From the NCBI RefSeq assembly GCF_001194135.2, contig NC_068985.1, positions 19,800,132 to 19,864,131 on the forward strand: DNA of 64,000 nucleotides, written 5' to 3'. This DNA comes from Octopus bimaculoides (lineage: Eukaryota). The translations under genes were made by a program, and so were the position numbers. Positions 1 to 11,200 of the stretch are shown one piece after another (positions within the stretch are counted from its first letter, which is position 1; the number at the start of each line of letters is the position of its first letter). The notes under the pieces are model-generated. The model did not search any database and was not told where the DNA came from. It saw nothing but the letters and a program-made list of their open reading frames with translations.

Positions 1-257
1 TTATCGATAAAACCATTTATCATCATAAATATACAGGGATTAGCATTGAGTTGCTTCTCCAACATACTGAAAATTTAGAAATAGCAGTCAAAGAACTACT
101 GATTCTAAACTACAAATTTTTCTCTAAACGGATGAGAAAAATTTGTAGTTTAGAATCAGTAGTTCTTTGACTGCTATTTCTAAATTTTCAGTATGTTGGA
201 GAAGCAACTCAATGCTAATCCCTGTATATTTATGATGATAAATGGTTTTATCGATAA
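1..257. repeat. Perfect inverted repeat: arms 1-124 and 134-257, 9-nt loop (the left arm may continue before the window)
   Basis: base-by-base reverse-complement check of the arms found no mismatch. Confidence 0.95.
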
Positions 258-378
258 AGGTTTTTTCATACTGAACTACTTGGCAAAATTGTTAATTGTT
301 AATTCTATTATTAATTGACGATTCCCTGCCCTTATTCTTGTATACTCTATAGATATATATACATATACATATCAGTTG

Positions 379-590
379 AAGGCAGTGAGCTGGCAGGAAC
401 TTTAGCACACTGGGTGAAATACGTAGCAGGATTTTGTTTGTCTTTACGTTCTGAATTCAAATTCTGCCAAGGTTGACTTTGCCTTTCATCCTTTTGAGGT
501 CGATAAATTAAGTACCATTTGCATACTGGGGTCGATCTAATTGACTGGGCCCCCTCCTCCAAAATTTTGGGCTTTGTGCCTAGAGTAGAA
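379..590 (+). mobile_element. SINE family B (about 240 bp, tRNA-like head, often with a (TTA)n tail). Other copies: 2594-2860+, 5140-5370+, 5890-6095-, 8340-8560+, 25545-25715+, 26595-26760-, 36140-36295+, 44445-44660+, 48190-48350-, 52405-52570+, 55655-55810-, 60345-60570+
   Basis: recurrent GCAGTGAGCTGGCAG...TTCTGAGTTCAAAT...CTTTGCCTTTCATCC...AAGTACCA body in many dispersed copies. Confidence 0.85.
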
Positions 591-608
591 AAAATATATA
601 TATATATA

Positions 609-991
609 GACGTAGGAGTGGCTGTGTGGTAAGTAGCTTGCTTACAAACCACATGGTTCCGGGTTCAGTCCCACTGCGTGGCACCTTGGGCAAGTGTCTT
701 CTACTATAGCCTCGGGCCGACCAAAGCCTTGTGAGTGGATTTGGTAGACGGAAACTGAAAGAAGCCCGTCGTATATATGTATATATATATGTGTATGTGT
801 GTATATGTTGTGTATCTGTGTTTGTCGCCCCCAACATCGCTTGACAACCGATGCTGGTGTGCTTAGGTCTCCGTAACTTAGCGGTTCGGCAAAAAGAGAC
901 CGATAGAATAAGTACTAGGCTTACAAAGAATAAGTCCTGGGGTCGATTTGATTCGACTAAAGGCGGTGCTCCAGCATGGCCGCAGTCAAAT
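609..991 (+). mobile_element. SINE family A (about 390-420 bp, tRNA-derived head, CORE-like segment, internal (TA)/(TG) microsatellite), truncated by a gap
   Basis: A box GTGGCTGTGTGGT, B box GGTTCAGTCCC, CCTTGGGCAAGTG core; near-identical copies elsewhere in the window. Confidence 0.9.
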
Positions 992-1112
992 NNNNNNNNN
1001 NNNNNNNNNNNNNNNNNNNNNNNNNNNNNNNNNNNNNNNNNNNNNNNNNNNNNNNNNNNNNNNNNNNNNNNNNNNNNNNNNNNNNNNNNNNNNNNNNNNN
1101 NNNNNNNNNNNN
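992..1112. other. Assembly gap (N run)
   Basis: N characters. Confidence 1.
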
Positions 1113-1155
<43 letters not shown>

Positions 1156-1499
1156 TCAATAATATAAATTAAGAACAAACATTGAATTCGGGTTAATGAA
1201 CTTTATATATCCATGCTTCTACACTTCATTACGTATAAATGATGCCATGGCTTTCAAATGTCAAAAACAACAAACACCAGGTAAAAATCATATACAAAAA
1301 AATATAAAATACACAGGACCTGCTCAGAAAACGAATATAAAAATCGACTAAAAATTATCTAAAAAAGAATATTACAGTAAGTTAATTAACTAAAAATCTA
1401 AAGAGAAAAGTATATAAAATAAAATTATATCCAACTATGAAAATTATATAAAAAAATGTAAATGTCAATATGGTTGTAGTCCATGATAATAGCAGGAGC

Positions 1500-2165
1500 A
1501 TGATATGAATTGAATCGGGTAACTAAACCACATCTTCGTGAATCATCCCAAGAGGTAATTTAACATCCAACATCTATTGCCATTTCGGGAGTTCATTGCC
1601 ATTGCCTCTGTGCATGCTATGCGCATCTTAGGCAATGACCCTCTTGTCAGGATGAACTGAGTTGCAAAGGTTTTTCCATGCTGGAGTTTACCTTTCCAGT
1701 TGTCTTTAATATTATTCATGCAAGCCTTCTTTGCTTTTTGTTTGATGTTTTTTGCAGGTTTGTCACTATTTAGATCTCTTTGGTCTTTCTGATTGTTAAT
1801 TTCTAAATCAGGAGAATCAATGATAGGTCTGTCAGTATTTGGGTGTCTGGTCATTCTTATTGTTAACTTGTAGACCAAAAGACTTTTTAAATTTCTGACT
1901 AAGCTTCATGACTGAAGCTTGCTTGGAATCTTCATGCTTCAATGTAGTTTGTAAGAGCACATCACTTGTTGTATTAAGGCACGTTTCAAAGCCCATTATT
2001 GCTGATTCGAAGGATTGTTTGAAATGTATCAGGCCTCTTCCACCTATTTTTCTTGGGAGATAATCCTGTCTACATCTGATTTTGGATAGTTAATCTGGTA
2101 CCTTGTAAAAATTTTACGGATCTTTCCATCCATATTCTGCATGTCAGTGAGACTCCACTTATTAT
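1500..2165 (-). mobile_element. Decayed non-LTR retrotransposon C-terminal fragment, Dong/R4-like
   Basis: minus-strand peptides PKSDVDR.YLPRKIGGRGL and NWKGKLQHGK, broken by frameshifts. Confidence 0.6.
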
Positions 2166-2806
2166 TACCTCTGCTTTAACGAAAGCGGAGGTATTGTTTG
2201 CAGTTGTGTTTGTTTGTTTGTTTGTCCGTGGACAAGATATATCAAGAACCGGTGGATGGATTCAGATAAAACTTTGGCCTCACGACTGGCACAAACTGAT
2301 TACATTTTGGGATCAATTGGGTACTGGACAAGGATTCTGAATTATTTTTCCAGTTTTTTTTTGCCAGTACTATGTGACTGGCCCTCGTGCCGGTGGCATG
2401 TAAAAGCACCCACTACACTCTCGGAGTGGTTGGTGTTAGGAAGGGCATCCAGCTGTAGAAACTCTGCCAGATCAAATTGGAGCCTGGTGCAGCCTTCTGG
2501 CTTGCCAGTCCTCAGTCAAATCGTCCAACCCATGCTAGCATGGAAAGCGGACGTTAAACGATGATGATGATTATTATTATTATTATTATTATTAAAGCAG
2601 TGAGCTGACAGAATCATTAGCACATCAGCAAAATGTTTAGTAGCATTTCATTCATCTTTACTTTCTGAGTTCAAATTCCACCGAGGTCAACTTTGCCTTG
2701 CATCCTATCGGGGTCGATAAAATAAGTACCAGTTGAGTAGTGGAGTTGATTTAATCAACTTATCCCCCTCTCCCAAATTCCAGGCCTCGAACCTATAGCA
2801 GAAAGG

Positions 2807-2862
<56 letters not shown>

Positions 2863-3846
2863 TAGCAAAACTTGTAAATATTTCATGGAATTAATGCTAA
2901 ACCTATTGGGTTATTTCTGAAAACTTTATCCCAAATGCCTGAAAGTGTAGCCTGTGTTGTGTCTGTATGGAAAGATAGTTGCTCATCTGATGCTCATTGA
3001 AGAACGAAAGAAACTGGAATATGATGATTACTTAATATAAACATTTTATTTACTTTATGCACAATTTTATCGACTTAATACACAGCAGTCATAAAATAAA
3101 TATTTACTCTTATTTTTCCATTTTCCCTATAAACAACTGTAAATAAGTGTAAGTGCCATGTAAGTAAGTGAAAATATTTCATGGAACTGCACTTATGCAC
3201 ATGCATTAAGTGATAAGTGATATGAAAAGCTTAGTTCAATTGAAAAGAAAATACACTTTTCACTATCCACTCACCACTGCCACCTCTACCACCACCTCTA
3301 TCTCCACTACCACCATCTCCCTCACCACCATCTCTCTCCCTCTCCCTTTTCCCCTCTCCCCCTTCTCTCCCTACCTTTCTTTGACCTCACCATCAGAACG
3401 TCACCACTCTGCTAAAATTATATTTTTAACTCTCCTCCTCAAAATTCAACTAACTTTCTAAACCACATAATAAATATTATGTTTCCCCTACCTCACATCA
3501 TAGATACTTCTCTCTCTCTCTCTCTTTTTCTCCTGCTTTCTGTCTCACTCTTCTCCTTATCTTCTTTTTCTCTCTCCTTTTTCTTTCTCCTCTCTTTCCC
3601 TTCAACTAATCCACACGAAAGTGTTACAGCTATATTCCCTCTACCTCACGTTATGGACGCTTCTCTCTCCCTCTTTTTTCTCTCCTTTTCTCTCTCCATC
3701 TTTTTCCCTAGTCATGTGAAAGTGTTACTGATGGGCTAAGTAATGCAGTGACTAGCAGAATTATTATAAGATTATTTGAAGTGACATGCTGACGCTAATA
3801 AAACTAATGAACCATTATTAACAGTTGTTTTTATTTTCATTTTTAG

Positions 3847-4028
3847 GAATTGGTATACAGTGGAGTAACCTGGCCCATGGTTCTTCTGTTGATGATGACT
3901 TTGCATTTCTTCATGTTATTCTGATGTTACTTTTAGATTCTGTCATTTATGGTATTTTGACTTGGTACATTGAGGCAGTATTTCCAGGACAATATGGTGT
4001 ACCACAGAAATGGTACTTCCCTTTCATG
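3847..4028 (+). CDS. ABCA3: ABCA exon (GIGIQWSNL...KWYFPFM)
   Basis: ttttag|GAATT acceptor and ATG|gtatat donor; encodes the ABCA-typical [21 protein letters not shown]. Confidence 0.95.
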
Positions 4029-7000
4029 GTATATTGCTCACTTTCTATTATTTATTCTTTCATTCTTTTACTTGCTTCAGTCATTTGACTGCAGCCATGC
4101 TGGAGCATCATCTTTAGTCGAACAAATCGACCCCAGGATTTATTCTTTGTAAGCCTAGTACTTATTTTATTGGTCTCTTTTGCTGAACCACCAGTGATGG
4201 TGATGTAAACACACCAACATTGTTCGTTTAAGCGATGGTGGGGGGACAAACACAGACACATATAACAAACACACACATATATACATAAACATATATATAG
4301 CAATAAGAAAATGGAGGGGAATATGTGGTACTCATCAACTTGCAGACACTGTACTATATCAATTTACTTGTTTATTTTTCAACCAAGAGAACAATAAAAA
4401 CAATATATAAACACATATGACACACTGTCATATCAGCAATTAAAAATTAAAAATGACATCTAGGGACCGAAGAAGGGACAAAGTCTTACAGCTGTTTTGA
4501 CGTAGGGGTGACATGCCTCATTCTATCTATATAACTCCAGTAAGCTGGAGTAATTATATATATATGACGGGCTTTTTTCAGTTTCTGTTTACCAAATCCA
4601 CTCACAAGGCTTTGGCCGGCCCAAGACTATAGTAGAAGACACTTGCCCAAGGTGCCATGCAGTGGGACTGATCCCAGAACCATGTGGTTGGGAAGCAAGC
4701 TTCTTACCACACAGCCACTCCTGCACCTATATTTATCTGTTAACTTTAAATAATTCTCTTGTTCCATTTTGATAATTCATTATCATCATTGTTTAATGTC
4801 CACTTCCCATGGGTTGGACAATTTGACAGGAGCTGCCTAGCCACAGAGATGTCCAGACTCCAGTTGTCTGTTTTGGCATGGTTTCTATGATTGGCTGGCC
4901 TTTGTATCGCCAACCACTTCACGCAGTGTGTTGGGTGCTTTTTATGTGACATCAGCACAGGTTTTTATACATGGAACTGGCATGTGTGTTTTATGTGTGG
5001 AATCTGCATGAGTGCACTCATATGTGGTACTGGCACAAGTGCTTTATACATGGTGTCACATAAAGTCCACAGAACAGGGACCTCTCAGCCGACAGAGGGA
5101 TGTGCCTATATTTATAGATGTCTATGCAAACTGAAAAGTGACAAGCTGGCAGAATTGTTAGCACATTGGACAAAATGCTTAGTGGCATTTCTTCTGACTC
5201 TTTACATTCGGAATTCAAATCCTGAGATCAGCTTTGCCTTTCATTCCCTTGGAGTCATTTAAATAAAGTACCAGTCAAGTATTGGTGATGGTGGTGGTGG
5301 TGGTGAGGAGGGGGGGTCAATCTAATCAACTTATCTGCTCCAAGCAAAATTGTTGGCCTTGAATCCTGACTGGTGCCTTGTTCAGGAGGAATGCTGTTAT
5401 TTTGGTCACTTATACGCCATGGAAACTGAGCAACCAGCCTTGAGTCCTAGGGTTAAAACAGAATATCTTGAAAATTGAAAGAGATACTGTTAAATTCTAT
5501 TAATGACTGAACTAAAGTATATCTTAAAACTACCTTTTATATTAACAGAAACCTGTTATTTTCATGATTTAGCTGCCCAGTTAGATAAATTATATGCATT
5601 CAATTTTTTAAAGTATAATTTGCATCTAGAAATTTTATTTTGTATCAAATGCTATAAACTTGCATTAAATCTATCTGAAAACAGGTTAAAACACATGACA
5701 ATGCAAAGTTAATTATTTTTAATAACAAGATGAATTCATACTACTAGTATCATATGTACTTAGATAGGTTTGGGCCACATTGGCCCAGGCCATAACTAAC
5801 TTAATAAAATAGCACCACCTGGAAAAGACATTTAGTAATGTAAGACTAATTTACAGTAAATTTTCAAAATAATGTTGTAACTTCTAATGGTCCTTTCTTC
5901 AATAGGCACAAGTCCTGAAATTTTGGGGAGGGGAATAGTCAATTACATTAGCCTCAGTACTCAACTGGTACTTATTGACCCCGAAAGGATGAGAGACAAA
6001 GTTGACCTCGGCAAAATTTGAACTCAAAATGTAGGGATGGATGAAATACCACTAAATATTTTACCTGGCATGCTAGCGATTCTGTCAGCTCATAAGGGTT
6101 TCAAAGACATAATTGTCTGGCGAGTGATTTATTCAGAGACTGTGTTGAAACTAAAACAGTTAGAGAATGGAAGACACATATGAGACATTAAAAAACACGC
6201 GACTGTTGACTTCGGTTAAATGCTTATTCTTTAGTGTCAAAATTTTCCACTGTGCCAATTGCTACTGGTCAATGATGTGATCCCATTTCATGTAGTTTCT
6301 GGTGAGGTTGTTGATTAGCATATATAGGTTTGAGGGTTATAAATTTTTATATAATGATAATAATGAACTTATTGTGTATAGTGCTCAGGTGTACCACAAC
6401 TCACCAGAAAAAGTTACCAAAAGTACATGAACATTACATAGAATAATGCACAGGAAGTGAACAGTGAATGAGTTGTGGTGGTGGTGGTGGGGGGCGAATT
6501 TCAGGAAGTATGGAAGTTTTGAAGGATGTAGTGTCCTGACAGCTTACAACTGATGCAGGTAGTTTATTCCATGCTTCAGCAATTCTGAACATGGAAAAAA
6601 TGTTTCGAAAAGCAGATATTTGTGTGGTTGCATGCTTCTGAACAGTTTCCAGCTGATATGCTGAGCAAGGTAGGGGTTCCAGACTGGTGATGCAAACTCT
6701 AAATATGGACGTGCTATAACCATATACAGCTTTAAACAGATTGCAGGAGAGCAGCTGACAAATGTCTTGTTGAATGATGTTAAGACTCCTTCAGCCTTCT
6801 TAACAATTTTAGGGATGTGATTTGTCCAATGCAAATTGCTATTGACAATAATGCCCAGGTCACATTCTCTAGCAGACTTCTTAAGATCGGTGTTGTAAAG
6901 GTAGTATGTAAAAGCTAGGTTTTTCCTCCCAAAATACGTGGTGGTACACTTGTCCACAGCCAGCTTGAGTTGCCAGTCAGTAATCTGTTGCTGCATTGTA

Positions 7001-8252
7001 CCCAGGTCTGGTTGCAAGAAAGGTCTATATATAGGTTGAAAAAGCTTTTATTATTTAGAAAATTGTTTTGGTAGTCAGTGGTATTATATATTTGGTAAAC
7101 ACAAAGGAGTTGACACCATGGTAGTTACAGCAGAAAATAGAGACTACAAACACTAGCTAAGTAGTTAAAGAGTATTGGTGAAGGTTAACGTATAAGGTTA
7201 CCAGGTAGCATGCTAGTGCAGAAATAAATTTTTAGATAATGAAATATGGAACATATCAACTGTTTTTAATTCTTGCATAGAAGGAACTCTTCTATTGATC
7301 CTGGGGAAAGTATTTTATAGATTCACACTTTCTTTTCTTGTGATCCAAAATTTTTATGTGTAACAAAAATGTTACATTTCTTGTGAATAACTCCCCCTGC
7401 CTCCTTATCTAGAAGATACCTTTTGAAATGCTAAGTGAAAAGAATGTAAAAGTTTTCTTTTTTTCTTCAGATGTCTTACTGGTGTGGAACTACTCAAACT
7501 AAGTGCAAAAGTGGTGCTCTGGGTCCTGCACATGAGGAACTACAGCAATATTTTGAGGCTGAACCAAACAACTTAAAACCTGGAATTCAGATAAAGAATT
7601 TGTATAAGGTTTGTTTATTTGTGGTTTCATACTATTCCAATGCAAAATACGATATTGTTTGGCACTTAAACTTGCATGATGGTGGAGGATAGCTCTTCTA
7701 CTAATTTGTTCAGTTGCAATTCTTTATAACTTGTAGGCCTGACGCATGGAGATATTTTCTTCCTAAGATGGGCTGTTTGATAAATACCCAACTCTGGAAA
7801 GAGTGGAATGTACCATTGCAATCTAGCAGAACACTTGTGAATTTTTTACAGGGCTACTATTGTGATATGTAATTAGAGTTAAGTAAATGTTTTGGCCTAG
7901 ATCACAGACACAGCACCAGCAAAGGGATGGAAACAGTTGATTGGTTGTTTCTGTTGCTGATTAGCTTTAAGTCAATCCTAATCAAGTAGGTTTATGATTA
8001 AAAGGCATTCAACCACTAAGATCTTGCCTTTTTAAGGGTATGTAGAATTACATCTAATATGTACTTTCTTCATTTAAGATGTCAAGGAGTGATTTGAGAG
8101 TGATTTGGCTGCTTTTCCTTGTAGGCTGAGGAGCTATGCAGAGGCTCTTTTACTGACTTTATTAGCTCCTTTAAAATCTGTTTTATACATAGTTACTCCT
8201 ATTTTCAAACCATCTTGTTATTTTTGTATTTAGTAGTAGTAGTAGTAGTAGT

Positions 8253-8289
<37 letters not shown>

Positions 8290-11200
8290 TTGTTTCTAGA
8301 AACTCACCATCTTTAAAATTTCTGCAGTATTGACATAAATAGCAAAGTGGAATGGTGGCAGAAAGGGTAATAGATCAGACCAAAATGCCTTACAATATTT
8401 AGTTTTCTTCTGCATTCTGGCATCAAATCACGATTAAGGTGACTTTGCCTTTCATTTCTTCTGAACAAATAAAGTAAGTACTAGTTTTCTACTGGTGTTT
8501 TGATTCAAGCCAACATAGCCCATCACCTCTAGATATTTGTGACTATGTAACACATTTAAAGTTATTGTTTTGTATGGTGTCCCTTACATCTCCATATTTA
8601 CATTTGAAATTCATTTGATGTGTACCTTGCTAGTTTTATAGATTGCGTGGTGGCACCTGTACCAGTAGATCACTAAGAGCACCATCTGAGCATGATCGTT
8701 GCCAGAGCACCAGCTGTCTGGCTTCTGTGCTGAGGGCACATAAATAGCACCATTTGAGCGTGATCGTTACCAACGTTGCCCTCCTGGCACTTGTGCCAGT
8801 GACATGTGAAAAGACATTTGAGCGAGTTCGTTGCCAGTACCGCTGGACTGGCTCCTGTGCAGGTGGCACATAAAATACACCATTTCAAGTGTGGCCGTTG
8901 CCAGTACTTCCTGACTGGCCTTCGTGCTGGTGGCACGTAAAAGCACCCACTACACTCTCGGAGTGGTTGGTGTTAGGAAGGGCATCCAGCTGTAGAAACT
9001 CTGCCAAATCAGATTGGAGCCTGGTGTAGCCATCTGGTTCACCAGTCCTCAGTCAAATCGTCCAACCCATGCTAGCATGGAAGGCAGACGTTAAACGATG
9101 ATGATGATGATGATGATTTGTATTCACATCATTGAAATCTCAAAGCCCCAAGATAATGCATGATTAATTCAAAACAATGTCAATAATTAAGCATTACACT
9201 TGATGAATTAATCAGAATGATAAAGGGTAAACATGGATGCTTTGTTAGAACACCAAATACTCCATTGTTAGCCTTGACAGATCCTCTCATACAGGTGCTT
9301 GGTGCATAAAAGGATACAAATCATAGCAAACAAAATTCATCTCAGCTCCCATGACAGACGAATTTCATCTGCTGTGATCTGTGGGTGTGCTTTTATGCAC
9401 TAGGTCCCTATGTGAGAGGATCTCGCAATGCTAATAATGGAGTATTCAGTGTTCTAACAAAGCATCCATGTCAATGTGGATATAAAGATTACCTTTTGGT
9501 ATTAATACTGTTTCTGTCTCTAATAATTAGTTTAACGAATGTTTAATTTGTACTTTTATTCATTCTTGCCTGTTTTCTTCTAGGAATTTAATGGTGGGAA
9601 AAAAGTTGCTGTTGATGATTTGAATCTGAATATGTATGAAGGCCAAATTACTGCACTACTTGGACATAACGGGGCTGGAAAGACAACAACTTTATCCATG
9701 ATTACTGGTGAGTTGACGACTAAAATTATTGCTTTGCTTTGTTTGCTTATAGGAATGTGTTGCCTCAGGACAGCTCCAATGAAGAAGACCTATTTATATA
9801 GTGAATAAGGCAATTAGATGAATCTCTAAAATATTTTCTGAATTTACATTTTGGTTAAAGTTTTTCTGTAATAGTAACTGAGAAAACTACAAGAAAGAAT
9901 CTCTCATCATTTACCACTACCACCACCACCACCACCACCACCACCACCACCACTGTTACCACAGCCGCCGCCACCACCACCACCAAAAAAAAAAAATTTT
10001 TTTTTAATGTTTCTTATCATTAATTTCCCACAGGTCTGATTCCACCCTCAAGCGGAACTGCTATTGTGAATGGCTATGACATTCGTACTGACATGAAAAG
10101 TGTACGATCCAGTTTAGGTATATGTCCACAACATGACATCTTATTTGAAATGTTAACAGTAAAAGAACATTTACAATTCTTTGCACAGGTAAAGATTATT
10201 TATTACTTTTTTACACACACACACACACATGCTTCCGAGGAACCCAACGGATCCCTAACCCCAGCCTCAGCTGTGAACTGGGAACCTAATGGATGACCAG
10301 TTGTAGCACTTACACAGTGTACCTATACATTTAGATCATTCATCATCATCATCATCGTTTAACGTCCGCTTTCCATGCTAGCATGGGTTGGACGATTTGA
10401 CTGAGGACTGGTGAAACCAGATGGCTACGCCAGGCTCCAATCTGATTTGGCAGAGTTTCAGTGAACTAAATCCCTCATATTCTGATATATATATATACAT
10501 ATATATATATATGTATGTGTGTCTGTGTGTGTGTGTGTAGGTGCAGAAGTGTGGTAAGTAGCCTCGGGCCAACCAAAGCCTTGTGAGTGGATTTGGTAAA
10601 CGGAAACTGAAAGAAGCCTGTCATATATATGTGTGTATATGTTTGTGTGTCTGTGTTTGTCACCCCTACCATCGCTTGACAACCAATGTTGATGTCTTTA
10701 CATCCCCATAACTTAGTGGTTTGGCAAAAGAAACTGATAGAATAAGTACTAGGCTTACAAAGAATAAATCCTAGGGACAATTTGTTTGACTAATAGGCAG
10801 TGCGCCAGTATGGCCGCAATCAAATGACTGAAACAAATAGAAGAAAAAAAAAATTTATATGATCAATAATACCTAGAAGAAGAAGGTACTTGTTTTCCAC
10901 TTGCAAACATAAATGGAGCTTTGGCCTGGAGGAACTGATGTCATCAGATGGCATCCAACAATCATTGGGTGTTTCTGTTCCAACCCTGAACCATCACACC
11001 CTCCTGTCAGGTCAGCAAAAGTGGTCAAATCACTGCTTTATCATCTCCTCCTGGCTTCCACCTCAACTCCTCTCTCCTGTTCCATAACCAGCAAGAAGCT
11101 CTTTCTGCTGTCTCTCCCATCTTGCACATGGCCACCCTTTGCTCTCTTCCTCTCATCCAGTGGTCATAAGCATTCTCCATACCAACTGGGCAAGGAATCC

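Noticed and set aside
609-690. tRNA-like A and B boxes
   Set aside because: They are SINE heads continuing into a repeat body; no complete cloverleaf was found.
580-837. Recurrent similar ORFs ([31 protein letters not shown]) at 580, 14233, 15765, 28711 and 29253
   Set aside because: These are readings through SINE-A copies, not a gene family.
2876-3186. 15-bp direct repeat AAATATTTCATGGAA, 296 nt apart
   Set aside because: It is AT-rich and encloses no recognisable element; plausible by chance.
8640-8950. CRISPR-like periodic repeats
   Set aside because: The units are diverged along their whole length, lack unique spacers, belong to a LINE 3' UTR and sit in a eukaryotic intron.
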